Source: a virus (taxonomy: Duplodnaviria; Caudoviricetes). Taken from it: DNA of 60,501 bases. The notes beneath the pieces are model-generated. The model saw only the letters and a list, made by a program, of their open reading frames with translations. It did no database searches and was not told the DNA's origin. Where the stretch lies: the IMG/VR virus record IMGVR_UViG_3300028189_000001, positions 1 through 60,501 of that record; one strand, written 5' to 3'. A program made the position numbers and the translations under genes. This document shows positions 46,004 to 56,360 of this stretch, piece by piece. Each line of letters begins with the position of its first letter. Within the stretch, counting starts at the first letter, position 1.

Positions 46004-46387
46004 TTATTTTTTTATCTTCTCAAATGAACGTCCTCCAAAGTACGCTCCTATAACTGTTATTAACACTAACTGTAATAAGTCTACCCACTTATCCTGAACG
46101 GTAAATCCTATCCACCCCGCATCTATAAAGACAAGCAGTACTGTGGATGTCACTAAAAATATTAAGACCATAGGTCTTACGTTCTTAGACAACCAAGAAT
46201 CACTTTTCATATCTGCCTTCCAACGCTGAGTTATACCCTTTTCAAGCTCGACCTCCGAACTAACAATTAAGTCTTTCATCTTAATCTTTAATTCTTCCTT
46301 CTCTTCCTTAGTGGTTATAACCTCATCAATTATATCCGTAGCGTTACCAAGAAGACCTCCTATAATTTGTGTTATCCAACCTGCCAT
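46004..46387 (-). CDS. Holin (3TM/GTA-holin-like)
   Basis: RWKADMKSDSWLSKNVRP, two TM segments, AYFGGRS.EK. Confidence 0.8.
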   Translation of the reverse strand: MAGWITQIIGGLLGNATDIIDEVITTKEEKEELKIKMKDLIVSSEVELEKGITQRWKADMKSDSWLSKNVRPMVLIFLVTSTVLLVFIDAGWIGFTVQDKWVDLLQLVLITVIGAYFGGRSFEKIKK

Positions 46388-46791
46388 ATCAAACCATATT
46401 CTTTTGTAGCATCAAAACTTGGACATTCTTTGTCCGAAAAATCCCTATGTCCGTGTATGGATGCCTGTGGAAATATATTTTTTAAAACTTCTAAGAGTAA
46501 AAGGATAGACTCCTTCTGCTCTTCTGTTCTGTTATCTTCAGGATTCATATCCTCATCACATCCCCCTGCATAGCATATCCCTATACTATCAGCGTTATGA
46601 CCTGAGCAATGTGCTCCCTGTGTCTCTAATGGTCTACCTATCTCTATCTGACCATCTCTTTTTATAAAGTAATGATAGCCAATGCCTGACCAACCTCTTT
46701 CTAAATGCCATTCATTTACCATCGCAGCATCTACATACATATTGGGAGGTGTATCAGCACAATGGATTATTATTTCATTTATCTTTCTCAT
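46372..46791 (-). CDS. N-acetylmuramoyl-L-alanine amidase endolysin (T7 lysozyme-like)
   Basis: IIIHC, GW..IGYH, GAH, SIGICYAGG, GHRD, KECPSFD. Confidence 0.92.
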   Translation of the reverse strand: MRKINEIIIHCADTPPNMYVDAAMVNEWHLERGWSGIGYHYFIKRDGQIEIGRPLETQGAHCSGHNADSIGICYAGGCDEDMNPEDNRTEEQKESILLLLEVLKNIFPQASIHGHRDFSDKECPSFDATKEYGLIWQVG

Positions 46792-46975
46792 TTGTTTTGG
46801 TTATTTTTATCATTAAATAAGCCATAGTTAACAAACCTACTAGCATACCAATAACTCCATTTGCCACCTCCATTTGTTCTGTAACAGAAATAGACATCAA
46901 TTTAAAGTTCGCAAATGAAACAATGCCTCCGACCAATGTTGTTAAAATAGTCCTAAGATTTTCCATTATACCCAT
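46775..46975 (-). CDS. Small membrane protein (holin/antiholin-like)
   Basis: Hydrophobic segments; directly upstream of the endolysin. Confidence 0.5.
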   Translation of the reverse strand: MGIMENLRTILTTLVGGIVSFANFKLMSISVTEQMEVANGVIGMLVGLLTMAYLMIKITKTNEKDK

Positions 46976-47283
46976 TCGTTATACCAATGTTTTTCTTCTA
47001 CTATATATTTGCTCACAGGTAATTCATAGTCACTCACTATATCAACTGCAAAATCTTCATTAAAACTTGCTTCTGTTAATATTTCGCCCTCTTCATCGTA
47101 TGTCGCTGCAATAGGCACATTGCCAACTTCTCTAACTGTTATGCTTCCCTCTGCAATTTGAGCAGTATATATTGAATGATTTGGATAGTTACCATCTTCA
47201 TCAGGTAATACAAAAGTATTTCTAACCGAAATCCATTCATCTTTTGTTGTAAAACTTAATCTATATATCATTTTTTTATTCAC
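46966..47283 (-). CDS. Hypothetical tail-fibre-associated protein
   Basis: YDEEGEILTEA...AVD motif; downstream of the fibre genes. Confidence 0.55.
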   Translation of the reverse strand: MNKKMIYRLSFTTKDEWISVRNTFVLPDEDGNYPNHSIYTAQIAEGSITVREVGNVPIAATYDEEGEILTEASFNEDFAVDIVSDYELPVSKYIVEEKHWYNEWV

Positions 47284-47402
47284 TTATGGTTATAACTATT
47301 AGTTATTATATTATTTACTCTTGTTGTTTATATGTGTGTAATTGTTACACTTGTGTTAATGCTGCTAATTCGCTTATAAATGAAAGTTTGTTTACCATTG
47401 TT

Positions 47403-47510
47403 TTATACCGTTAAATTTATTACATTAAATGCATCTAATATCGCTAATATTATTCCTGATAGTATCACTACTGCAAGTATTACTTGTGCATATTTCCAAA
47501 GTAGTTTCAT
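47403..47510 (-). CDS. Small single-TM peptide (35 aa)
   Basis: Translated by hand: MKLLWKYAQVILAVVILSGIILAILDAFNVINLTV. Confidence 0.45.
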   Translation of the reverse strand: MKLLWKYAQVILAVVILSGIILAILDAFNVINLTV

Positions 47511-47513
47511 TGT

Positions 47514-48233
47514 TTATGGGTTTGTTAATTTTTTAAATATCATTCCCTTATATTTACCACGTTGTACAGGTACATTATATTTAATACTTCTTAAAATAGA
47601 TGTTTTATTTATACCTAATGTTTCTGTTATATTCCACATATAATATATCTTATCAGTTGTTATTTCTCTCACCTGTATTCCATTTTTGCGTCTTACTTCA
47701 GTAGATTTTTCTAGTGCCTCCTTACTAAGCCTTGAATATTTCTTAACTTCTTTCATTTTAGCTATTGATTCAGGAGTGTGCTTTTTACCTTTTGCAGCTG
47801 CAATAACCTTAGGATTGTTTGTTCTGCTTTTACTTATTTTATCTCTTGTTTCTTGTGTAACAATATGTCCTTTATTAGCTAATGACACTTTAAGCCTAAC
47901 CTCTTTACTGCGTTTTTTACCTCTATTTTTACTTGCAATTCTTTCAATAGTTTCTTTTGTATGTTTTAACCCAAAAGCACCCTCGCCACCCAATGTTTGA
48001 TTACAAAGATTTGATATACCAATCTCACTTATAAGGAATATTTCTAATTCTTTAGCTTGTTCGATTGATACATCATCTTCTATAATTTCAATAGTCCTTT
48101 CATATTTATTATAAACTCTAGTCCAGTGGGTATTTCTATTTGCACATCTCTGTGCTCTTTTAATAGTATTCCCTATCCCAATATAGAATACTGAATTATC
48201 ACAAGGTTTTCTATGTGCATAAACTATTGCCAT
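47514..48233 (-). mobile_element. Free-standing GIY-YIG homing endonuclease with NUMOD3 repeats
   Basis: IVYAH...FYIGIG...R, E..LI, NQTLGGEG; KHTKET.ERI and KHTPES.AKM repeats. Confidence 0.85.
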
Positions 48234-48237
48234 AATA

Positions 48238-50319
48238 TTAAGGGCTTGTCAATAAGGACATTTCTGCATCACTCAAATAATCAAATACTGCAATTGCTTT
48301 TGTTTTGCCGTAGAAATCATTTCCACCCCCACCATCATCAAAAGAAAGTTCGGTTAATGTGTTTGCAGGTAATGTAGTACCCGATGATTGTGAATCAACC
48401 TCAGAACCATCAACCCAAAGTGAAAAATCTTCATTCGCCCATCTTACTGCTATCTTATGAGATACTGTAATATCAATAGCGTTTGTCGTTTGCCATCTAA
48501 CAGCACCGCCTACATTTAACATTATCCAAACCTCATCGCTTGTATTATATCCAATAAACACCCTGTTAGCAATAGTTCCATCAGAAATTGACAACCTATT
48601 ACTAACACCATCATCAGCCAAAGCAGCAATCTCTGCATACAATACTCCACTTGCATTATAATCTTTAAAGTCCTGTGCCGTTCCACTACCAGTACAAGCA
48701 TCTGCTACTCTTGAAGTAGTTGAGCCTTCTGATGTTGGTAGCATTAGACTACTTGCGTAACTACTTTGTTCCATTTGGGAATAAGCTATTTTGACACCGT
48801 AACCTAACGTTCCTGTATAAGTATTAGTTAAATGAGAACCTGTAGTCCATTGGGCATCTGAAAGAAATATAGATGGATATATGTCTGTTTTTCCGCTTTG
48901 ACCTGTCATTGTTAATTTATACCATCCATCAACCAATGCGGTTATTGAGTATGCTTCTACTGAATATCCTGTTCCATTCTGATACTCATATACTTTTTCT
49001 CCTGTAGTTAGATTAAACTGAACACCTAAATTATCACTACCGCCATAAATCCAAACCAATGATATGAAATTTCTCTCATCTGCTTTGGCATAAACACTCC
49101 AAGTATAATCAGTTGCAAGTGATATTCCTGATATAAAACTTCTATGTATGCTATGTACTCCCGTATTAGTACTCTCCACAAGTTTGTAAGCCTCTCTTTC
49201 AAAGCCTCCACCTGAGTAAGATGTTGCTTCTTTGACTGATACATCATCAACATAAAATTCACCTCCAGCACCATCACAAATAAATGCTACCCTTTGATTT
49301 AATGTAGCAGAATTAGATGTAAAATGTCCTGATAGTTTAACCCAAGATGCTGATGAGGAAGAACCTATTATATGAAATGTATCAGTTGCCCTTACTTGCA
49401 TAGTAACTGTGCCACTCTCTACATATACCCACGCAGAACATACATAGGTACTGTTCTGTGCCATTGCAATACCATCTTGTTTTATACCATCATAAGTATC
49501 ATTACCTACTATATGTCTTGAATATGTACCTGTATGCGCTCTTACACCACTTCTTTCATTGGTGGTTGGTGTGAAATAGTCTGTCCAATCACTATCCAAC
49601 TCCATATCTCCATTCGTTACCAACTCTACTCCGTTAGCAACGGGTATCTCTTTAGGTGCTTCAAAGCCTTGTACTTCTTTTACTGATATACTATTAAATA
49701 CAGAACCAACACCTACTGAATAGCCATTATTCAATCCTAACCAATCATTACTTGAGCCACCCGTCATATATATAGTTTGTACACCTACACTTAATGCTTC
49801 ACTATTGTTACCTCCTGCATAAATATTTGTTGTACCATCTAAACTTTCTACATCTACAACTATTTTATATTGTGTACCTGAAGTTATAACTACGCTTTGA
49901 TAAGCTAAACCACCACTTGTTTTTGTTAATTGTCCTCCTGATATACTTCCTGAACCACCCCAATCACTATCAGTAGCAAAATCTCCATTAGTAACTAACT
50001 CACTTCCTGCTGTACTCGGGTCTCCTTGAATACTCGCACCACTCTTTGTCCAATAACTATTACCAAATGAAATAGGATATGTTATTAGGTTAGTAGACGC
50101 TGGTTCGGTTAACAATGCACCTTCGGGAGAAGTTGCATAATCTATTCTCGCAGTATCTGAAGGAACAACTTCTATATAACCATCCTTATTAACCCTTGTA
50201 GTTGTACTTGACCTCGCAAAGTCAAAACTTCTATCAAAGTATTTACCTTCAATAACCCTATAAGCTAAGAGTTCATCTTCCTTAGTAGCCCACTTTCCGT
50301 TGCCTAATTTTATTCCCAT
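48238..50319 (-). CDS. Tail fibre/receptor-binding protein with CBM-like and LamG-like domains
   Basis: FARSSTTTRVN..GYIE, LLTEPASTNL, ELVTNGDF modules, C-terminal LamG-like domain ending in LSDAE. Confidence 0.75.
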   Translation of the reverse strand: MGIKLGNGKWATKEDELLAYRVIEGKYFDRSFDFARSSTTTRVNKDGYIEVVPSDTARIDYATSPEGALLTEPASTNLITYPISFGNSYWTKSGASIQGDPSTAGSELVTNGDFATDSDWGGSGSISGGQLTKTSGGLAYQSVVITSGTQYKIVVDVESLDGTTNIYAGGNNSEALSVGVQTIYMTGGSSNDWLGLNNGYSVGVGSVFNSISVKEVQGFEAPKEIPVANGVELVTNGDMELDSDWTDYFTPTTNERSGVRAHTGTYSRHIVGNDTYDGIKQDGIAMAQNSTYVCSAWVYVESGTVTMQVRATDTFHIIGSSSSASWVKLSGHFTSNSATLNQRVAFICDGAGGEFYVDDVSVKEATSYSGGGFEREAYKLVESTNTGVHSIHRSFISGISLATDYTWSVYAKADERNFISLVWIYGGSDNLGVQFNLTTGEKVYEYQNGTGYSVEAYSITALVDGWYKLTMTGQSGKTDIYPSIFLSDAQWTTGSHLTNTYTGTLGYGVKIAYSQMEQSSYASSLMLPTSEGSTTSRVADACTGSGTAQDFKDYNASGVLYAEIAALADDGVSNRLSISDGTIANRVFIGYNTSDEVWIMLNVGGAVRWQTTNAIDITVSHKIAVRWANEDFSLWVDGSEVDSQSSGTTLPANTLTELSFDDGGGGNDFYGKTKAIAVFDYLSDAEMSLLTSP

Positions 50320-50321
50320 TA

Positions 50322-53300
50322 TTATCTTATTATAAAGTTATTTGCTGTTGCCAATGCGTTAAATGTGTTATACCCTTCTTCGGTGAGTTTTACCATTTGG
50401 TCATCACTCAAATAATCAAATACTGCAAGTGCTTTTGTTTTGCCGTAGAATTTATTTGCTGTATTTCCCTTATGATAGTGAATTACTTCCAAAGTGGATG
50501 TTGGATATGAACAATCTAGTACACTTGGAGTTCCAACACTTGCACCATCTATATATAATTGCGCCCCATCACTATTCCATCTTACAGCTATTTTATGTAA
50601 ATCTGTTATATCCGATACTTGATATAATATAGTTGCTTTAGAGACATCACCTATCCTAACCACACCATAAATATAATTAGTCAATGATGAATAGTATATT
50701 GATACCCTATTTTCATCTGAGCCATCTGAACATAATGATATATATCTAGTTGTCAAATCATCACTATTAGCAGCAATCTCTGCATACAAAACTCCACTAC
50801 TATTAACCGAACTAAACAAACTTTGATTACCAGCATTTTCTATTGAATCGCCAACTCTACTTGTTGTACTTCCTTCTGTTGTTGGTAGCATTAGGCTACT
50901 TGCGTAATCGTTCTCTTCAAGTTGTGCGCCAAATATGTATAGTCCTTTGCCTGAGCCAGTGTAGTTGTATGTTCCGTCTGCATTAGCTAAATATCTTATA
51001 TATTCTACATTTGTGGAGGAAACTGTTACTGTAATAGAACATCGATACCATCCATTAGCCATTGTTGTAATAGAATAAGCATCTGGTGTGTTACCTCTTA
51101 CGCTTCCTATTGTTCCATCTGTTAAATTGAAAAAATAGCCACCAGCATAATAACCCTCATACAATAACAACCAATTTCTCTCACCTGCTTTAGCATAAGT
51201 TGATAATGTGACAGTTGCCCCACTTGTTACGGTAATTGGTGATTTAATAACATAATGAGAACCACCAGCACTACTCTCCACCAACTTATAAGCCTCTCTT
51301 TCAAAGCCTCCACCTGAGTAAGATGTTACTTCTTTAATGCTAACATTATCAATAGTTCCTGAAAAACTATTATCAGAACGTAATACAAATATACTTGTAC
51401 CTAAAGCAGTATAAGTTTCAGTATATGTTCCAACTGCACCACGTTTTACTCCACTATAAGCACTCTGTTTAAAAAATATACTTCCACTTGTAACACTCAC
51501 AACATCATAAGTAACTTGATACATTTTTCCAGTTACAAAACCTATTGCACTAGATTGTTGTAAATCACCTGTAATAGAAGCAGCAACAGCAACCCCACCA
51601 CCAATACTCCACCCTACTCCCTTTGTCCAACCCGTATCAGTATCAAAAGTTCCATTAGTTACCAACTCTGCTCCGTTAGCAACGGGTATTTCTTTAGGGG
51701 CTTCAAAGCCTTGTACTTCTTTGACTGATATATTATCAATCGTAAAAGCTGTTCCACCACTAATATTGTAAGCATATATCGATAGAGGATTTGTTGAAAC
51801 AGCAGTTGCATAAAAACTATGTGTACCAACTGTATAGTTTTTAAGATTTGCACCTTCTTGAAATAATACACCACCTACATTTGAGTTAAACCCTATACGT
51901 GCAGTTCCACTAACAACCTCAAATTGTATATAATATCTTTTATCTATCCCAAATGTAAACAATTGAGCTAATGCATTAAGGTTATTAACAGCATCATAAC
52001 TTGCAACACCACTTCCTATTGTCCAAGATGAGCCAGTAGTCCAATAAGTGCCTGTTGTACTTGCAGATTGCGTTCCTGTTAACACAAAATCTCCGTCTGT
52101 TATTAGTTCTGTATTAGTATTAGTAGCAACTAAATCACCCTCAATACTCGCTCCACTCTTTGTCCAATAACTATTACCAAAAGAAATAGGATATGTTATT
52201 AGATTTGTAGAAGCAGCCTCTGTCAATAGATATGGACAACTATCTCCACTATCATAATTTAGTCTTGGAACATTTGCAGCAACTTGCTCAATGTAACCAC
52301 TTGCGTTTCTTCTTGTAGTTGTGCTTGACCTTGCAACATCAAAATCAGTTTCAATATTAGGTGTCCAAGCAACAATGTCAGCACTTGACATATTGGTCAT
52401 CATTGCTGGATTGCCTTGTACTTGTTTTATTGATATGTTGTCTAAATCAAAGGCATCTCCTGCTGTATTTCCCCAAATAGAAATTCCAGTTGAAGATACA
52501 CTCGCAGTAAAATATCTAACATAAGACCCATTTCCCCAATTTTCATTACCAATATAAAGAGTTCCCGAACTCGCATCGTAAATAGAGAGATGTGCAGAAC
52601 CTGTACAATTCAATATCTCAAATTCAACCCTATAAGTATTACCTAATACTATCGGACAGTCTGTTCTTCTAATATTATTACTACTTAGTTCATCGTAACT
52701 TGCAACCCCCGAACCAATACTCCAAGGTGCTTCTATTGTCCATCCTGTTGAACCATTTGAAAAATCCCCATTCGTTACCATCTCACTCCCCAATGTTGCG
52801 TTTGTTTGGTCAGCAATCAATGGATAACTATCTAATATTCCATCGCCCATTTGGTAGTACAAATCCAAGTCATTAACAACACTCAAAGCAACATCTGTTG
52901 TTATGTCGCTTGATGACATATTTGTCATTGTTGCTGGGTTTCCTTGTACTTGTTTTATTGATATGCTATTTACAGTAACACCATCTTCAAAACTTGCTGC
53001 AACGAATTTAATATAAGTAAAATTAGTATAAGCCACAAAATAAATTGTTTGAGTACCATCCACAAAAGAAATTATATTGTTGGCGTCATAAGCACCATTT
53101 AATCTTATAGTACAATTAGTCATACCAATAAAATCAGACGCTGTAATATCTAATTGATATGTTTTACCTTCAATACCCGCAATGTTAAGTGTTCCTGATG
53201 TAGACAGAGCATTAGAAGCACCCACAGCAGAACCTGAATACATTTTCATTCCACTACCTGTATCTTGTTGGTAAGCACCATCTTGCGTAGGTGCATTCCA

Positions 53301-54614
53301 TCCTGTTAGCCCGTTGCTAAAATCTCCATTTATTACAAGTTCACTCCCCAAAGTAGCATCAGTTTGGTCTGCAATCAATGGGTAATCATCCAATGTACCA
53401 TCTCCCATTTGATAATAAGCGACTAAACTATCTGATGTAGCATCTGTGCTTAAATCAATAGGCTGACCTCCGTTGTATTGTCTTGTTATTTCGGCTTGGG
53501 TTAATGCTTTGTCGTAAATTCCTATATTGTCAATTGAGCCGTTGAAATATGAACCACCACCATACGCACCAAAAAACCAATCTCCTGTGTTATCTACATT
53601 TGTAGATGATGTGCTTGATATATTAGTTGCAGCAAAAGAAACACCATTTAAATATAATGTTAAGTTTGCACTTCTATTTATAGTTACAATTAAATTAATC
53701 CATTCGTTTTCAAAAGGAATTAAACTCCCCATTGTAGTATTCCAAGCATAAGAACCACCTATTCTACCCTGTGCCATAAATTGACCAGTACCATCAGCGA
53801 TAAATAATATTCGGTTACTATTATCTTGAAATTTAGCTAAAAAAGTAACATTTGTAAAATCAGAACAATTAACCCAAAATGAAAAACTTGCATCTGATGT
53901 ACCTAAATTATTAAAATTACTTACTTGCAAATAATCATCCACCCCATCAAACTCTACACTCTTTGTTGAACTTTGTGAGATGTCAGTACCATAAGATGCT
54001 GGTAACAACAAATCATTTGGACTTCCATAGTTGTAAATCTCGGTTACATCTGCTGCTGATAACTCACTACTGAATACTGCAAAGTCTGAAATTGAGCCTC
54101 CAAAATAATAACCACCTGATTGCTGGTCTGAACCTATGGTTAATCCTTCAGTATAAGCATTTAAACTGCCTGTGGTCAAGGTGGTTGATGCAGTTTGCAA
54201 TACTCCATCTACATATAACTTTGAGTTTGTTATATCATTTGTATCTGAATAAACTACCCAATGATGCCATTCGCCATCATCTTGTGCAGAATTGTCAACC
54301 CAATACCTATAATAACTGCTGCCTAAATACAACAAAGGTCGTGTGCCATCATAATTAAAATGAAAAGCACCTTTACTATATCCTCCATGTCCAAACACAC
54401 CTTCATTATTACTTGTTTCACTTGACTTACACCAAAAAGAATAAGTTGTTGGTTGTGCTACACTATCTCCATCAGTAATAAGACAATCATCAACACCATC
54501 AAACTCAAGGCTTGATTGCTCCGATACCTCTGGAGATGGCACTACATTGTAAAGTTTTTCAGCCTTGTAGCCACTCGGCTTTTGGATTAAAACAGCTTCA
54601 TCGTATATGCTCAT
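50322..54614 (-). CDS. Large tail fibre/receptor-binding protein with multiple LamG and CBM-like modules
   Basis: EFDGVDD x2, LamG motifs (WHHW, LYVDG, FGGSISD), ELV.NGDF x4; C-terminal half paralogous to 48238-50319. Confidence 0.78.
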   Translation of the reverse strand: MSIYDEAVLIQKPSGYKAEKLYNVVPSPEVSEQSSLEFDGVDDCLITDGDSVAQPTTYSFWCKSSETSNNEGVFGHGGYSKGAFHFNYDGTRPLLYLGSSYYRYWVDNSAQDDGEWHHWVVYSDTNDITNSKLYVDGVLQTASTTLTTGSLNAYTEGLTIGSDQQSGGYYFGGSISDFAVFSSELSAADVTEIYNYGSPNDLLLPASYGTDISQSSTKSVEFDGVDDYLQVSNFNNLGTSDASFSFWVNCSDFTNVTFLAKFQDNSNRILFIADGTGQFMAQGRIGGSYAWNTTMGSLIPFENEWINLIVTINRSANLTLYLNGVSFAATNISSTSSTNVDNTGDWFFGAYGGGSYFNGSIDNIGIYDKALTQAEITRQYNGGQPIDLSTDATSDSLVAYYQMGDGTLDDYPLIADQTDATLGSELVINGDFSNGLTGWNAPTQDGAYQQDTGSGMKMYSGSAVGASNALSTSGTLNIAGIEGKTYQLDITASDFIGMTNCTIRLNGAYDANNIISFVDGTQTIYFVAYTNFTYIKFVAASFEDGVTVNSISIKQVQGNPATMTNMSSSDITTDVALSVVNDLDLYYQMGDGILDSYPLIADQTNATLGSEMVTNGDFSNGSTGWTIEAPWSIGSGVASYDELSSNNIRRTDCPIVLGNTYRVEFEILNCTGSAHLSIYDASSGTLYIGNENWGNGSYVRYFTASVSSTGISIWGNTAGDAFDLDNISIKQVQGNPAMMTNMSSADIVAWTPNIETDFDVARSSTTTRRNASGYIEQVAANVPRLNYDSGDSCPYLLTEAASTNLITYPISFGNSYWTKSGASIEGDLVATNTNTELITDGDFVLTGTQSASTTGTYWTTGSSWTIGSGVASYDAVNNLNALAQLFTFGIDKRYYIQFEVVSGTARIGFNSNVGGVLFQEGANLKNYTVGTHSFYATAVSTNPLSIYAYNISGGTAFTIDNISVKEVQGFEAPKEIPVANGAELVTNGTFDTDTGWTKGVGWSIGGGVAVAASITGDLQQSSAIGFVTGKMYQVTYDVVSVTSGSIFFKQSAYSGVKRGAVGTYTETYTALGTSIFVLRSDNSFSGTIDNVSIKEVTSYSGGGFEREAYKLVESSAGGSHYVIKSPITVTSGATVTLSTYAKAGERNWLLLYEGYYAGGYFFNLTDGTIGSVRGNTPDAYSITTMANGWYRCSITVTVSSTNVEYIRYLANADGTYNYTGSGKGLYIFGAQLEENDYASSLMLPTTEGSTTSRVGDSIENAGNQSLFSSVNSSGVLYAEIAANSDDLTTRYISLCSDGSDENRVSIYYSSLTNYIYGVVRIGDVSKATILYQVSDITDLHKIAVRWNSDGAQLYIDGASVGTPSVLDCSYPTSTLEVIHYHKGNTANKFYGKTKALAVFDYLSDDQMVKLTEEGYNTFNALATANNFIIR

Positions 54615-54616
54615 AA

Positions 54617-54847
54617 TTATACCCCTTCATTAGATGTCCATGTATCAGTTGCCATTTCGGCAAGAATCTCTTCGTGGGTATATGCAGTGTAACTTGCCAA
54701 TAACGCAGGAGTTTCTCCCTCGTATTTTAGCACTACTCTATCCTCGCCTTGTACGGAATGTCTTAGACTGTTTATATTACTCTCAACAACCAATTCCATT
54801 ATCTCCTCGGTTACATCTTCAAATGGTATAATTATATATGTTCTCAT
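54617..54847 (-). CDS. Hypothetical fibre-associated protein
   Basis: LRHS...VLKYEG.TP...YTHEEIL motif. Confidence 0.65.
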   Translation of the reverse strand: MRTYIIIPFEDVTEEIMELVVESNINSLRHSVQGEDRVVLKYEGETPALLASYTAYTHEEILAEMATDTWTSNEGV

Positions 54848-54848
54848 T

Positions 54849-55010
54849 TTATTGCAAATATTTTAAAAAAGATTTAACACACTCAATTCCCTCAACAATG
54901 CCTCCGTCATCTATAACCCTTTTCACATAAGCAGGTATTATAGAGGGGTCTACAGCACTTATTCCTGCTGAGTTAATACTTATTAATATTCCTATAATAT
55001 TATTATTCAT
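54849..55010 (-). CDS. Small hypothetical protein (53 aa)
   Basis: Translated by hand; RVIDDGGIVEGIEC; exactly fills the gap. Confidence 0.55.
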   Translation of the reverse strand: MNNNIIGILISINSAGISAVDPSIIPAYVKRVIDDGGIVEGIECVKSFLKYLQ

Positions 55011-55487
55011 CTACCAGAGTGCTATTATGTCTGACCCAAGTGTTGATGTGCTCCAAACCTTTACAACTTGAACGGGTAAAAAACTACCACTTGCAAGATT
55101 TGTAAAGGTAACATCGTGACCACCTGCTGTGGTAACCCTTACATCTCCTCCTGTTCCGATGTACAGAACACAACCATTATTATCACCTCCATATATCTGA
55201 TAAGTATTCCCTGCTGCAAATGTGCCGCCAGATAAAGGAAGGGTGTCTGTGTTAGTAGATTGGTTAACACCTGCTACAGTAGCCTGAACCCCTGTGGTAA
55301 CATTAACCACTATCATCCCTGTCTTAACTCCTAACTCAAAAAAGTTAGCACCCGTTACAGTTAAGGATGTAGCCGTAGAGCTTGACACAGTTCCAGTACC
55401 CCCATTTAAAAATATCTGAGGTATGTTTGTGTAATCACTTGGTACTACCTGCCAAGCACTTGTTGCTTGTAATTTTTGATATGCCAT
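55011..55487 (-). CDS. Virion structural protein (collar/fibre-base-like)
   Basis: LYIGTGGDVRV...F.NL.SGSFLPVQV..V...DIIALW. Confidence 0.65.
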   Translation of the reverse strand: MAYQKLQATSAWQVVPSDYTNIPQIFLNGGTGTVSSSTATSLTVTGANFFELGVKTGMIVVNVTTGVQATVAGVNQSTNTDTLPLSGGTFAAGNTYQIYGGDNNGCVLYIGTGGDVRVTTAGGHDVTFTNLASGSFLPVQVVKVWSTSTLGSDIIALW

Positions 55488-55560
55488 TGTTTAATATTTT
55501 TTTTTTACAAATGTACTACTATTTTTTGTTAATTCTTTTTAGACTGAATGACTACCCGTG

Positions 55561-55716
55561 TCATTTATTATAAGGCAGTAAGTTATTTAATCTCTCTTTT
55601 CTTTTTTCACACCCACACGGAGTGTTCGTTATTTTTGACACCTTATCCACTACAGCCTTTATTCCTGTTGCTTTTGTAATTTTTTCAACAGTGTCTCCAA
55701 TTCCCCTACTTCTCAT
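55561..55716 (-). CDS. Small conserved phage protein (51 aa)
   Basis: Translated by hand: SRGIGDTVEKITKATGIK...CGCEKRKE.LN; -7 box at 55721-55728. Confidence 0.7.
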   Translation of the reverse strand: MRSRGIGDTVEKITKATGIKAVVDKVSKITNTPCGCEKRKERLNNLLPYNK

Positions 55717-55755
55717 ATTGCAAAAATACTAAAAATTATTTTACTTGCTTTCTGT

Positions 55756-56292
55756 CTAAATCCATCCATCATGTCCATCATCAGGTGGGTTTTTTGCATT
55801 CTCAACCCTAAGCCTCTTTACTTCAGTATTAAATATCTTAAACCATTCTCTCCAACCTTCAGCATTAGCCTTTGTTGAACGCATCATTGGATTTAAGCGA
55901 GGAAGAACCGATACCTCCCTGTCCATCCTTAATATAGCATATATCATCCTGCATATGGTGTCACCTTTAGAAGATAGAGCATAGTAATATTTAAGCTTGC
56001 CGCTATTCATAGTATAAGGAAACTTATCAACAAAACCTAAACTAACCATCCTCTTCAATCTGTCATACCTCCACCATACTAATTTCTGAAACTGATTAAA
56101 CATTTCCCTATCAAAATAATCCTCGGTATACATGAACAATAAAATACTCAAAGTAGCCCTAGTTATGTTATAACGTTCTAGAACGTATCGCTCTGCTATT
56201 GGGTAAAATTTTAAAAAATCATCCTTAGGCTTTGAACGTCTTGATTTCCAATATGTTGTAGTTCCTTTATTGTGATTGTAATATTTTGCCAT
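55756..56292 (-). CDS. Winged-HTH-like protein (possible transcription regulator)
   Basis: ILLFMY, LKRMVSLGFV, YYALSSKG; start moved to ATG 56292, below the groES terminator. Confidence 0.55.
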   Translation of the reverse strand: MAKYYNHNKGTTTYWKSRRSKPKDDFLKFYPIAERYVLERYNITRATLSILLFMYTEDYFDREMFNQFQKLVWWRYDRLKRMVSLGFVDKFPYTMNSGKLKYYYALSSKGDTICRMIYAILRMDREVSVLPRLNPMMRSTKANAEGWREWFKIFNTEVKRLRVENAKNPPDDGHDGWI

Positions 56293-56304
56293 ATACATAT
56301 AATT

Positions 56305-56332
56305 AAAAAAAGGGAAGGCAATATACCTCCCC
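56305..56332 (-). terminator. Rho-independent terminator after groES
   Basis: AGGGAGGT-ATATT-GCCTTCCCT-TTTTTT. Confidence 0.7.
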
Positions 56333-56360
56333 TTATCACTAAACACATTAAACACACAAA

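Noticed and set aside
48238-54614. Diversity-generating retroelement (TR/VR) or invertase shufflon behind the fibre repeats
   Set aside because: No reverse transcriptase or site-specific recombinase seen; both copies are coding, in direct orientation, and differences are not adenine-specific
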